Assembly (NCBI RefSeq): GCF_009914755.1
Contig: NC_060935.1
Reading direction: 5' to 3' (one strand)
Length of the DNA: 64,000 bases
DNA from: the human T2T-CHM13v2.0 reference genome, Homo sapiens
Shown here: positions 35,440 to 51,544 of the stretch, one piece after another
How positions within the stretch are numbered: position 1 is the stretch's first letter
How the letters are laid out: every line of letters starts with the position of its first letter
Position numbers and translations under genes: made by a program
The notes under the pieces: generated by a model
The model's database searches: none
The model's input: only the letters and a program-made list of their open reading frames with translations
Told to the model about the DNA's origin: nothing

Positions 35440-38400
35440 ATTTTTTTTCTGAGATAGCAGAATGGATGCTTTGCCAGAATCCTTGCTCACTTGGAAATAG
35501 CAAGTGGTGTGTAGAGATTCACACTGTGAATTTGCATCCAAGTAGAAACATGATTGTTCAATATAAAAGTGAAAGAAAACTTTGTATACTGCTGAAAACA
35601 AGACAGACAGCAGCCCAAATGGAAAACTGTGAATCAGTCCCTCCATATGTGAGAGGGGGAGTGCTCCACAATACACATACCCACCAGGAAGCCAGGCAAC
35701 CTAGGCTATCGGGAACTTTTTGAGTTTCCCAAAACCTGGATCAGACTTGGGGAACAGTCAAGGGACTGTGAGAAGGAAGAGCACTGGGAAGTACCCCACA
35801 TGCACTCTCAGACTTAAGGACCAATGGAAGGAGGTCATTCCTGATGCTAACTCATAGTGGGTTGCACAGGAACCTGCCAGCTAGCATTGGTGTCAGTCAC
35901 TGGTTTGTAGAGTTGTTAGCCAGAGATTTGTGATCTTACCTTGATTGGAGGAGGAATCCACATGGCCAGAATGGAGAGGCAAGAATAGCATGGGCTTCAG
36001 CTGTGGACAATGGAATTGGGAATCCACCTTGCAGGACAAGACCAGGAGGGTTTGAGTCTGAGAGGAGTGGTTTTGACCACGGTAGCAAGTTTTGCAGCCT
36101 GAGGCATTTTCACACTCTAAAGGCAAAGTGCATTTGAGTTGGCTAACTGTCCCAACGCACTGCTAGTGTCCAGCTGTGGGAAAGAGCCCTGCTGGGTTTA
36201 ATGAGAGCAAACTGGGTCTTACTACCCCTTGATAGGCCATGGAGCCTAGGATGTACTCTTTCCCTCATGGGGTCATTGGCATAGCAGCAGTTGCTCTGCT
36301 TATTGCTGGAGCGTTTCTTCAGAGGTCTGAGGATTGCTCTCTGAACCTTGTAAGGGCCAGCACTTGTACATGCCATCGTGGGGTTCAAGTGCAGACTTGC
36401 ACAACCCAACACTGCCCAGCTTTGCCCTCTTGCCTTGGATACAAAGCATGGAACCAGGACCACTGTGTGTTCCATAGCCCAAATCATTATCTGGGACACC
36501 CAAACCAGTACACTAAGGATATTTACAAACAAGAAAATCATACAGAGTCTACACCAGTTTAGACAGCCAGAAACAAAGCCAAATAACCCTACTCAGCATA
36601 CATTATAGTCACATTCCCAAGAAAAATAAGTCACACCCCAATGAAAGTAAATTCAATAATAGAAGTGACTAATTCTCCAGATGCAAAGAAATCAGGATAA
36701 TAATACTGGAAGTATGAAAAACAAAGTGCTATAACACCTCCAAAGGAGCACAGTAATTCTCTAGCAATGGATTTGAACCAATAAGAAATCTTCAAAATGT
36801 CAGATAAAGAATTCAAAATACTGATTTTAAAGAAGTTCTATAAGACATAAGAGAAAACTGAATACCAATGCAAAGACATCAGAAAATCAATTCCTGATAT
36901 GAGCTAGAAATTTACCAAGAAGGTAGAGATCTTAAAGAACCAAACAACTTCTGGAAATGAAAATTTCACTGAAAGAATTATGAAGAACAGTTGAAAGCCT
37001 TAAGAATAGACTAGAACGAGCAGAGAAGAGAATCTCAAAATTTGAAGACAGGTCTTTTGAATTAATTCAATCAGACAAAAATAAAGAAAGGAGAATAAAG
37101 AAGAACAAACAAAGCCTTTAAGAAGTATGGGACTACATAAAGCAACCAAACATATGAAGTATAAGTATTTCCAAGGGAGAAGAAAAAGCAAAAAGTTCAG
37201 AAACCCTATTTAAGGAAATAATTGACAACAAGTTTCCTGAGTTTGGGAAGAGATTTACACATCCAGATACAATAAGCCCAACAAACTACAGGAAAATACA
37301 TTGTAAAAAGGACCTCAACATGACATATAGTCATCAGATTGTCTAAAGTCAACATGAAAGAAAAATCCTAAAATCAGCATGAGAAAAGTGTCTAGTCATC
37401 TATAAAGAAAACACCATTAGAATAATAGTGGACTTTAAAAGCAGAAACCTTACAAGCCAGAAAAAATAGAGATTCTATTTTTAAAGTACTTAAAGGAAAA
37501 AAAAAACCCTGTCAACCACCAATTTTATATCCTATTCAGAATAAGCTTCATAAATGGAGGAGAAATAAAGTTCTTCTCAGACAATCAAATGCTGAGGGAA
37601 TTCATTACCACTAGACTGGCCCTATAAGAAATTCTCCAGGAGTTCTAAATGTGGATACAAAATGTCAATATTCACCATCATATAAACACAAAATTACAAA
37701 AAGTAAAAAAAGGAAATCCAATGACTACATGACAAAACTCCACTAAAGCACAAAGACAAAGGAAAAAAAGAAATGAAGAATCTACAAAACAGCTAGATTA
37801 CAATCTACATTATGTCAGAAACAAAAGCTCACATGACAATATTAACCTTAACAATAAATGAATTAAAATTTTCCACTTAAAAGATATACATTGATGACAT
37901 GGATAAAAACATGAAGCAACTACATGCTACTTAAAAGAAACTCACCTTACTGGTTGGTAGACAGTTATAGACTGAAGGTAAACAGGTGGAAAAGATATTC
38001 CACACAGATGAAAACCAAAAGTGGGTAGTAGTAGTTACACTTATATCAGGTAAAACAGACTTACAATAAACCATGATAAAAAATACAAGTAAGGCCATTA
38101 TATAATGATAAAGAGATCAAATCAGCAAGAACATATAAAAATTCTGAATATATGTGCACCTAAAAATGGAACAGCACCCAGAGTCATAAAAAAATTATTA
38201 GACATAAAGAAAGAAACATACAGAAATGCAATAAAAATGGGGGACTTACCCCACTGATAGCACTAGACAGGTTATCAAAACATAAAATTAACAAAGAAAC
38301 ATTGGACTTAAATTTTTGACCAAATGGACATCACAAACATTTACAGATCAGTCTAACTAACAAAAGTAAAATGTAGTTTTTTCATGGGCACATGGTACAT

Positions 38401-41400
38401 TCTCCAAGATATGTCACAAAACAAGTCTCAATATAGTATTCAACTTTTTAAAAGTTGAAATTATACCAAGTGTCTTCTCAGAGCATAGCCAAATACAACT
38501 AGAAATCAATACCAAGAGGAACTCTGGAAACTATACAAATACATGGAAAGTAAACAATATATTCCTAAACAATATTTAGGTTTGTTACTAAATTAAGTCA
38601 TAAATTAAAAATTTTTGGAATAAATAAAAATGGAAACACAAAACATACCAAAACATATTGAAAACAGCAAAAGCAGTGATAAGAGAGAAGTTTATAGTAT
38701 TAAATGCCTACATCAAAAAATAGAAAGATCACAAATTAGCAACATAACATTGTACCTCATGGAACTAGTAAAACAAGAACAAACAAAATCCAAAGCTACC
38801 AGAATAAAACAAATAACAGAGATCAGGGTAGAACTAAATGAAATCAGGTCAAAAACAAATAAAATAGACAAACCACTAGCTAAACTACCTAAGAAAAACA
38901 GGAGAAGAGATCCAAATAAACATAATCCAAAATAAAAAAGAATACATTACAGCTAAAACCACAGCTAATACCACAGATCATCAGAGGCTGCCATGAACAA
39001 CTTTGCACTCACAAACTAGAAACGTAGAGAACATGAATAAATTCCTGGAAACAAATAACCTCCTAAGATTGAATGGGAGAGAAAAATCTTGAACAGAGCA
39101 ATAATGAGTGATTAAATCAGTAATATAAAACTTCCCAACAACACCAACAAAAAAGCTCAGGACCAGATAAATTCACAACCGAATTCCACCAAAGGTAAAA
39201 AGAAATAATAGCAATCTTTTGAAACTCTTCTGAGAAATCAGAGAGGAGAGAATCTTCCCTAACTCATTCTACAAAGCTAGTATGAGTCTGATACCAAAGC
39301 TGGCAAGGATATAAAAATGGAAGACTACAGACCAATCCCTGATAAACATAGATGCAAAAATCCTCAAAAGTATACATCATTTGCTAGCATTTTGTTAAGG
39401 ATTTTGTATGTAAGGATTTTGCACATATATTGAGATATATGTATAACAGCATATCAAGAAGATAATATACCACAATCGAGTAGGTTTTATTCAGGGATGC
39501 AAGGATGGTTCAACATACACAAATCAATAGATGTGATTAATTACATAAGCAGAATTTAAAAACAAAAACCCTATGATCCTATAAATAAATCCAGAAAAGG
39601 CATTTGATAAAATTCAGCATCCTTTTATGATAAAAACTTTCAAAAAATCAGACATAGAAGGAACATACCTCGAAATAATAAAAGCTATACATGAAAAACA
39701 CATAGCCAACAGCATACTGAATGGAGAAAACTTGAACTCATTCTCCCTAAGAATTGGAACAAAACAAGGATGACCATTTTCATCACTCCAATTCAACATA
39801 ACCCTGGAAGTCATAGCCAGAGCAATCATGCAAGAATAAATATTAAATGCATTCAAACTAGAAAAGAGAAAGTCAAATTATCTCTGTTTGCTGATGATAT
39901 GATTTATATGTAAAAAATCTCACAGACTCCTCCAAATAATTCTTAGATCCGATAAATGAATTAAGTAAAGTTTAGGGTTATATAATCAACATAAAATATT
40001 CAGTAGCATTTCTATATAACCGACATACAAAATTCAGTAGCATTTCAAAATGAGTAGCATTTGTATAGAAATGCTACTGAATTCTGTACGTTGATTATAT
40101 AACCTTAAACTTTACTTAATTCATTTGTAAGCTTGATTCTCAGCTTGAATTGAGCTGAGAATCAAATCAAGACATCAATCAATTTACAATATGTGCAAAA
40201 AAATACCTAGAAATATATTTAAACAAAGAGGTAAAACACCTCTACAATGTAAACTACAAAACATTGATGAAAGAAATTATAGATGACACAAACAAATGGA
40301 AAAACGTTCCATGCTCCTGAATTGGAAGAATCAATATGATAAAAATGACCATACTGTCCAAAGGAATCTACAGACTCAATGCATTTTCTACCAAAATACT
40401 AATGTAATTTTTCACAGAATTAGAAAAATACAGTCATAAGATTCATATGGAATCAAAAAAGGAGCTCAAATAGCCAAAATAATGCTAAGCTAAAAGAACA
40501 AAGCTGGTGTCATCACATCATCTGACTTGAAGTTATACTGCAAGCCTGCAGAAACCAAAACGGCATGGTACTGGTTTCTAAGTAGACACATAGATGAATG
40601 GAACAGAATATAGGAACAAAAAATAAAGCTACATACCTACAACCAACAGATCTTTGACAATGTTGACAAAACATGCATTTGAGAAAGGATACACTTTTCA
40701 ATAAATGGTGCTGGAAAAATAGAATTTTCCTTTGCAGAAGAATGAAACTGACTCCTATCTCTTACCATATACAAAAATCAACTCAAGTTGGATTAAAGAC
40801 TTAACTGTAAGACCTGAAATTGTAGAAATACTAGAATAAAACCTAGGAAAAACTCTTCTGGACATTGGGCTAGGCAAAGGATTCATGAAAACCTCAAAAG
40901 CACAGGCAGCTAAAATAAAAATAGACAAATATGACTTGATTAAACTGAAAGGCTTCTGCACAGCTGAATAGAGTGAAGAGAAAACCTGCACAATGAGAGA
41001 AAATATTTTCAAACTATGCATCCAAGAAGGGACTAATTTTAATCTAGAAACTATAAAGGATTCAAATAAGTAAACAATAACAAGAACAGTAAGAAAAAAC
41101 ATTAAAAAGTGGACAAAGGACATAAAGAGATATTTTTCAAAAGAAGACATAGAAATTGCCCACAAGCACATGAAAAATATTCAACATCACTAATCATCAT
41201 AGAGATGCAAATTAAAATCACAATGAGATATCATTTTATACCAGGCAGAATTGCTATTGTTTAAAAAGTCAAAAAATAACAGATTTGGGTGAGGCTGTAG
41301 AAGAAAAACAGTTATACACTGTTGGTGGAAATGTAAATTAGTACAAGCACTATGGAAAACAATGTGGAGATTTCTCAAATAACTAAAAATAGAACTACCA

Positions 41401-41998
41401 TTCAATCCAGCAATCCCACTACTAGCTATCTATCCAAAGGAAAAAAATCTTTATATAAAAAATATACCTGCACTTGTATTTTTATCAAAGCACTATTCAC
41501 AATAACCAAGATATGGACTCAACATAAGTGTCCATCAATAGATGACGGGATAAAGAAAATGTTATATATATATATATCACATATGTATATGTATAAACAC
41601 ACACATATATATACACTCACACCATGGAATACCACTCAACCATAAAAAAGAATAAAATCATGTGTTTTGCAACAACATGGATGGAACTTGAAGCTGTTGT
41701 CTTTAGAGAAATAACACAGAAAGTCAAATACCGCATGTTCTTACTTATAAGAGGAAGTGAAATAATGTGTACACATGAACATACAGTGTGAAATAATAGA
41801 CAATGCAGACTCAGAAGGGTAGGAAGTGGGGAGGGGGGAGGGGGGAGGGGCGGTGACAAATGAAAAATTTCTTGATGAATACAGTTGCATTATTCAGGTG
41901 ATGGTTACTTCAAAAGGCCAGACTTCAACACTACACAATATATCCATATAACAAAATTCTACTTGTATTCATTAAATTTATACAAATAAAAATAAAAT
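35440..41998 (+). mobile_element. Near full-length old L1 (L1PB4-like), decayed
   Basis: GC-richer 5'-UTR, ORF1-like and ORF2-like regions, and an L1PB4-type 3' end (GGTGATGGTTAC...CCAGACTTCA.CACTAC.CAATATATCCAT). Confidence 0.8.
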
Positions 41999-42309
41999 GA
42001 AGATGATGGTAGTGCTTAATGCATATGGTTGGTAGGAGCACATAAATTAATAAAGTGCTTAAAACAGAGCCCGGTACATACTAAACTGTGAACAAACACA
42101 CTAGCTATAAAAAAATTATAAAGTCATACCTTTTTATGAAAGAGCCTCCATTCATTTCTAAGAGTGTTCATTATCTCCAAAATACATAATATATCCCTTA
42201 GGGACATTGGAAGCCACAACGAGTTAATTCCAAATATCTTGCAACATAATTATGAGGTTGGAGTTGTTTTAAATAATTAACAAGCTAAAAATAAAACAGA
42301 AGAGAATTA

Positions 42310-42968
<659 letters not shown>

Positions 42969-44256
42969 ACAGTTTTCAGGATGACATGGATTCAAATCCT
43001 GGTTCTGCCTAAATTGTCCTGGAACATGGGCAAATGTCTTAATGTTATTAAGTCATACTTTCCTCATTAATAAAATGATAATAATAACAATACTACCTTG
43101 CCATGGAGTTGTCAGGATCAAATGAGTTATGATATGTAAAACACAAAGAACAGTGCAACTGTACGAGGATGCTATATAAATGAGAACAGTTCCTTTTGAA
43201 ATTCTGCTTACCATGCTCACAGCTTAGCTGCCAGCAAACTTGTCTCAGTCAACAGCATGCAGTGAGTAACACCCAGAAGTCAGGATAGTTAGAATTTATT
43301 TGTACTGCATACTGTGGCTTGTGGCATTAGCAAAAGTCTAAAAGCACCACTGATAGTGGTGACCAAAGGTACTAGTGTAAAAGGATAGAAGTGGTCAACT
43401 TGCTGGAAGAATTGTTTTAACCAAACTGTTCCAGTGGTTTGATCTTGCCTCTGGTTTCTGCCCTCTCGCTTCCTTTAATTATTTCCAGCTTAATTATCCA
43501 ACTTTCTCCTTGATTCTGGGAGCACACCATTATTCTTCAAATAAATTCTTTTTTGTTTAAGTTAGCCAGAGTTGATTTCTGTTGTGTACATCCAAGGTTG
43601 TCACCTCTCTCTCCCACATACCACCCACATTCATGATAGGCAGTGATAGTGATGGTGGAGAGAAACTTATCAGGTTCCACTGCCACTTCTGCTCTATGTT
43701 ATGAAATGCCTTCTCATATCTCTTAAACTCCCAAGCAGGCCATGACTAGACTGCTTGGCACCACATACCAAACATCAAAGAGATGACATTATAATGCCAT
43801 GTCTTAAATATGGGGGAAAACAGACATCCTTCTTTGTCTCTGCTTACTCACATTATCTCGACTTACTTATGCACTGGCCATGATGTTTTATCAGCTATGT
43901 TCAGTAGAGGAATTCCAACTCAATTCGCTGGGAAAGAAAATAAAAAGAAAAGCCATGAAAGAGGAGCATATTTGGCTCAGTTCTCAGGCTTTCTTATTAA
44001 ATACCAATTCATAATACTAGGTTATTATACTGGAAAATGACAAAAAAAAAAAAAAAAAAAAAACAAGCTCAAGTATACCAGTGGCTTATTTCAAGTACAC
44101 TAATTTTATGCCTTCATATTTAAAGTAAATTTCTTGTAAATGGCATGCAGTGGGTCTTTTTTTTTAAAAAAAAATATCTAACATTCTTTTTCAATTTGCT
44201 AAGTTTACACTATATTTAATGTACTCATTGACGCAATGAATTAAAATCTAACATCA

Positions 44257-44676
<420 letters not shown>

Positions 44677-45533
44677 TCATCTCCACTATTAACTTATTAT
44701 TAAATACCTCTCTTAAAAATTGTTTTAGTTATTGCCCTAGAGTTTACAATATATGTTTAGAATTCATGAAAATATGCTTCTTTGTAATACTGTGCCATTT
44801 TACGAGTAGTTTAAGGATGTTGCAAACTTATACTGCCAATTATGCACTCTAATACTTTATATTATTGTTACACATTTTCCTTTTATGTTTTCTATAAATA
44901 AATATACAGTATATTCCTATTTATGATTTAGACAATCATCTTTTAAACAATTAAAAATACAAAAAGAGTAGGTCTTATGTCTGTCTGTCTTCATTTATCT
45001 CATTTTCAGTCCTCTTCATTTCTTTGTGCCAATGTAAATTACCAATTGGCATCATATTTCTTATGCCTGAAGAAATTCCTTCAATATTTCTTGCAGTGAA
45101 GGGCTGCTGACAATGAACTTTCAGCATGTGTGTCTGAAAAATGTCTTTATTTCTCTTTTATTTTTGAATATATTCACTTTGTTTAACAGGGTTTCTTTAT
45201 TATTTCAGCATTTGACAGATGTTTTCTGGCATGCACTGTTTGTGATGAGAAATCTGCGGTGAATCTTGTTTTTGATCCTCTGTATGTAATGTGTCTTTTT
45301 TCCTCTGAATGTATTTATAATTTTCTTCTTATATTTGGTTTTCAGCAATCTGAATATGACACGTATAGGTGTTAGCCATTTTGTTAAATCCATAGTATAC
45401 ACAGCAAAAAAAAAAGGTCCGTGCATAAATAGACTTTGGTCTAATGGGGAGACATTAAAAACTTAAACTCACAGATAAATATATAATTATAAATTATAAT
45501 ATATATTATGAAAAAAATAAAACAATTTTCTCA

Positions 45534-45892
<359 letters not shown>

Positions 45893-45909
45893 ATTTAAAG
45901 GATAGAATA

Positions 45910-47070
45910 AATATTTCCAGAATGGCAAAGCAAGGACCTCCAAAAATCTGCTCTTCCATAAAAGCAATTATAACACAGGCAAAACTGTGTATAATAAAAA
46001 TGTTTGAAACTCTAGAAACTAACCAAGGACATGCAACAATTCAAGGAGTATTCATTCAAAAACAATGACTGAATCTCAGTATCAACGGTGAGTTTTGTGG
46101 CATGTTAGCTTGCTTTATCCATCAGCTCTGTGGTAACCTTGAAAACCAGCACACATGGAACTATGGTAGCTGAAAAAAACATTGGCCTAACAACCACTGA
46201 AGTGAACAAAATGTGTTGGAGATTGCTAATGGGCCTGCTTCCCAGGGAATTGTCACTGTTTCACCTATTTGGCAGCTTCCTAGGAAAACTCCATTCACAA
46301 TTTTGTCCCTATTTCACCAGACTCAGTTCACTCAGTGAAAAAGTTTTATTCCTAGAGTGTTTGTCAAAGCGTTGAACAGCAATTGTTTAACATTGCAATT
46401 GCCTGAAAATGTAAATATCAGTTGGAGCATACAATAATCTAACCAAACTCTTAAAAAAAATTGATGACGGCTTTAGAAATCCATAGAGGGCTTTGAAAAG
46501 CTCCCATACATTCCTGGGGATTACAAAAATCATGCATATGGGCAAGGCCTTATGTATGCACAGGAAAGACCTGAGAGGACCTAATGTTTCATTTGTGGCT
46601 GAACTTGAGGCTCTGCACAGAGGACGTGAAGATTAAAGGCAGAATTTAAACTGCTGGAGCACTGAAAACATGCTCCAACACACACATGCAAAGCCCATGC
46701 ATAAGGCTTCAGAGAATTAGCAATTTAAAGCACTTAAAAAACTTTATCCAATTGTTAGTTGACCACTAACCTAACTGAGTAGAAATTTCAGTGGCCACAC
46801 ACAACAAGAAATGCAGAATTAACATAAGTAACTCAGGAAAATCACTAAACAAACAAAAGTACCATCAACAAAAACAAAGCCTAGATGGGAGGAGAGATCT
46901 GATTTTTAGAATATGCTATTTTTTATTATTTAAAATGTCCAGATTTTAACAACAAAAAAAGTGTCACTTAAAGAATGAAGAAAGTATGGCCAATTCATAT
47001 GTTTAAGAAAACAGTCAATAGAAACTGTCCATGAGGAAGCCCAAATATTGGGCTTGGTAGACAAAGATTA
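45910..47070 (+). mobile_element. Ancient L1M 5' region abutting the OR5B12 stop
   Basis: Similar to the L1M at 17430-18000 (AACTCT.GAAA.TA..CAAGGA; TATTTAAAATGTC; GAGGAAGC). Confidence 0.55.
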
Positions 47071-47112
47071 ATATGAGGTGGAAAAAATTATCTTATTGTG
47101 AATTCTTTATAA

Positions 47113-48057
47113 TTAAAATATGAATCCTATAGAGGCCTTTGCCTTCCCTACAGTCTTTTTAAAGGCACTCTTAACCTCTTTGTTCCTCAGGCTGTAGACC
47201 AGTGGATTCAACATGGGAATGACTATGGCATAGAACACAGATGCCATTTTGTCTGTGCCCATGAAATGGCTGGAGTTAGGTCGTAAGTACATAAAGATTC
47301 CTGTCCCATAAAAGATGGAAACTGCAGTAAGGTGGGAAGCACAAGTAGAAAAGGCCTTCTGGCGTCCTTCAGGTGAGCGCATCTTCATGATGGTGATAAA
47401 TATAAATAAGTAGGAGATCAAGATTACCAGGATAGAAAAGAGGTCATTGAATCCCACCACAAAAAAAATAACCATCTCACTGATGTAGTTGTCTGAACAT
47501 GAGAGAGTCAAGAGAGGAGGAGCATCACAGAAAAAGTGTTCAACTACATTGGATCTACAGAAGGAGAGCCTGAAAGTGTTCCCAGTATGAATGGATGCAT
47601 TCAGGAAACCACAGATGTAGGAGCCTATGGCCAGGTGAGCACATACATTTGTTGTCATGGTGGTGGTGTAATGCAGGGGTTTACACAATGCTGCATAGCG
47701 GTCATAGGCCATTGATGCCAGGAGGAAACTTTCTGCAGTGATAAAGGCTACAAAGAAGAAGAATTGTGTGGCACAAGCATTATATAATATGAATTTGTCT
47801 CCTGTGAGAAACCCCACCATCACCTTGGGAGTGACAGCTGAGGAATAACCAAAGTCCACCAGGGAGAGGTTACTGAGGAAGAAGTACATGGGGGTGTGGA
47901 GACAGGAGTCCAGTAGAATCAATTCAATCATCCCCAGGTTCCCAACCAGAGTGATGAGGTAGATGAAAAGGAAGACTATGAAGAGTGGGATCTGCAGTTC
48001 TGGGTCATCAGTTAACCCCACAAGGATGAATTCAGTCACCTCTGTGTTGTTCTCCAT
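47113..48057 (-). CDS. OR5B12: Olfactory receptor 5B12, 314 aa
   Basis: [10 protein letters not shown]...KAFSTCASH...[10 protein letters not shown]; acceptor TTTCTACAG| at 48077-48078. Confidence 0.93.
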
Positions 48058-49457
48058 TGGGAATTATGTAGCTGCCCTGTAGAAATGAAAAGGCAGAATC
48101 AGAATGATAAATGGAGGGAGGACTACTGAGATCAATCAGCATGCCATTTTTTTGCTTTATTCCAGTATTGTAATTACTTGTTTCCAGGAGTCCCGGATCT
48201 AAAACATGCCCATGACCGCAAAATGCAACTTTAAATTACAATAATTCATAGAGCATTCTTAATAAAATGATTTTGGAGATAATTCATCCCGAACTCCTAA
48301 TTTCATAGATTACCGAACTAAGGTACAGAAAAGGAAGATTCATACAAGATCATCAGACTAATTAATTGGAACAGGTGAAATATAAAACCAAGTCACTTTG
48401 AATTAAAGCCTTAACTCTTTATCACAAAGAAAAATTCCTTTAAATCTTTTACATTCAATCTAAACTGGGCACAAGACAGTAATTTATTTAATTGACTGAC
48501 TGCCTGATGGAGTAATTAAATCTATCATTGTAAGTCAATGTGAAGAATGGAATAGCATGAAATTAGGAATCAAATATACTTACCAGTTTTCTTGGCTTCA
48601 TGCAAATAACCTACATTTCTGGATCTCAGTTAAATGATAATAACTGGATCCACAAATGTTTATAACTACTTCCAACCCTTAAAAAAATCTTCAAAAAGTT
48701 AAAAAGGAACATGACTCTTCAGTAATACCAACCAATTGACCAATCAACATAAATCTCTGGATGTGTTCATTTCTTCATTCTCTCTACAAGCTCTAATTTC
48801 GAATGGAGCACCATGTTGCATGCTAATTGCCAGGTTTACATTAATGCAAGAGATACATTTCCTGACCAGATAGATATCTAAACTGATAAATATTATGTTT
48901 AAGTTCAGAATATTCTTATTCTCCATTCCCAAGGAGACAGAAGTGTTTTCTTATTTGCTCAGAACTGTGTGATAGATGTTAATCACATCTACACTGTAGA
49001 CCATCAGTCGGTCCACAATATAGTTTATAAATTGTGTGTCCAATGACCAGATGTTTTTAGTGACAGAATTAGCACATGAGATTAGGTCTCCTCATTCCAA
49101 TAGTTAGTTGTGCCTTATGTAATTTTGCACATCTCTATTTCAGTGCATTTTATAACTGGCTTGTAAGCCTGATTTCTTCCTCATTTATTAATCACCATTC
49201 CTTCTGTCTCTCTTTTTAAAAAAATATTAGTATGGGCTTCCAGATTATGGTAAAATTTTATGTTGATATTCCATTTGACTATCTCAACAATTGTAGAATT
49301 AGGAGAACTAATATTATCATATTTCCTGAAAAAGAAAACTGAGAAATAAATAGTTTAACTTGCTCAAAGTAATGCAATCTTATTCTTTGTAAAGCAGGGA
49401 CTCGAGGCCTTCTTGTGCTTTTTCTTTATGTCACATGATAAGTAAACACATTCTACA

Positions 49458-49790
49458 CAAGTTGGGAATCCCTAATCCAAAAATCCAAAGTCTAAAATGC
49501 TTCCAAATCCAAAACTATTTGAGAACCAACATGATGCTACAAATGGAAAATTCCACACATAAGTATGTAGCACATACTTTGTTTCATGTGCAAAAATTAT
49601 TTAAAATATTATGTAAAATTACTTAGGCTATGGATATAACGTGTATATAAAACATAAATGAATTTTGTGTTTAAATTTGGGTTTCATCCCCAATATATCT
49701 CATAAACATGCAAATATTCAAAAATTCTAAAAAATCCAAAATCCAAAACACTTCTGTTCCCAAATATTTTAGATGAGGAATACTCAACAT
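49458..49790 (+). mobile_element. Tigger4 (MER46/Zombi) non-autonomous element
   Basis: CAAGTTGGGAATCCCTAATCCAAAAATCC start and GGAATACTCAAC inverted end. Confidence 0.75.
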
Positions 49791-50459
49791 ATATAGCCTC
49801 TGGATGTGTGAAACAGATAAAAGAAATAGTCAAAATATTAGAGCCAAATCTCTGATTAAACCAAAGGAGAAAGGGGTACCTCGATGCATTTTTCTAGTTA
49901 CCTCTGCCCCTGTAACTTTGTGCAGACAATAGATTTGATCCAGAGACTTACCTTTCTCCCTGAGAAATACAAAATTCAGGTCCAGCACTTTCATATATAA
50001 GTGAATGTCACATCAGAAATTAAGTCCTTTAAAGAAGGAAAACAACTTTTTGGAGACTGTTCTTTAGCGTTTGGCCAAAAGGCTTAAAGTTCTTTAGAGG
50101 CAGGGGGAAATTGAAAGAAAAATGCTATTGGCTTTGGAATCAGCTAGCAAGAGCTCTACTCCTGTATTTACTGCCCCTTCTTTGTAGATAAGTCTCTTAA
50201 CCCATTTGAATATCAATAGCTGAATCTATAAAAAAGAAAATATTAAAAGATAGCCCTAACAACATCCAGCCTGAAAACTGCTGCTATGGTAAGAAAAGAA
50301 TAGGAAACCTACAATTTCTTATACTTGGTAAGAGGTGATAATCATAACCTCAATTAATATAATTATTACTGGTTTTTTTCCTAAACATTGTTGTAGGCTC
50401 TTTGCTATGTATCAGTTTTGGAGAAGGCCATAGTTACTACTAGATGACTATTGACAATC

Positions 50460-50760
50460 AGACGAATAAATAAATGGTCAAAAAAGTGACTCTGGTTCTG
50501 GGGCTGCTCCCTCTAATATGAAGCCAAATGGAATCATATAGGTACTTGATCAGTTGAAAAGTGGGAACCAGGAGGTAATTGTGTGGTCATGGAGCTCTCA
50601 GGCGACACATACTCTATGAGGTCTACAAAACACTTTATCTCACATAACTGGAAATCAGGTGATTAAAGTATCTATGGGGATTCAGCTCTGCTTGTTGTGG
50701 GAGATCATGAGTGTATTTATGTTACTTTCAGTTATTCTCTTGGGTAATGCACAAATTAAG
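50460..50760 (-). promoter_or_regulatory. OR-promoter-like module, copy 4 (OR5B12)
   Basis: TAATTG 50576-50581, TCTCAGGCGA 50596-50605, CTCTATGAGG 50612-50621, TGATTA 50660-50665; donor AG|GTAAGT at 49950-49951. Confidence 0.55.
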
Positions 50761-51227
50761 CCACAGCATGTCCTTCAAGACTGTTATTTGACATAAATAC
50801 TAAGAGACAGAGACATACATTTTATCATTAAATAAGGGATGTGGACTTCAGGGATTAGTACTTCTTTTAATTCACCTTAAATGTTTGAACCATTGAGAAG
50901 AAATATTAATTCATCAACTGTTTATTGATTGCAAATGGATTTTAGCCATAGTAATGAGAGCTGAGAACATAGACCCATTCAAAATAAACATCATTCTTGT
51001 GCCCATGGTGTTTAAATCTAATGGAGAAGATAGACAGTAAGCAAATAAACCCCGTAAGAAACATGCGTAAATATGCATATTTACACATATAAATACATAT
51101 GTACATATATATAATTATGTGTGGAATAAGCATGTAACTATACATAAAAATGAGATAAAAAATAAGTCTACTTTATATTGTTTGGTCAGAATGTTTTCTC
51201 TGGAAAATTAAGATTTCAGCCAAGTTT

Positions 51228-51544
<317 letters not shown>

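Noticed and set aside
35893-36608. Cluster of overlapping ORFs in GC-richer sequence (also 52000-52770 and 53720-55010)
   Set aside because: They lie in old L1 5'-UTRs, where higher GC lowers stop frequency; no recognisable protein.
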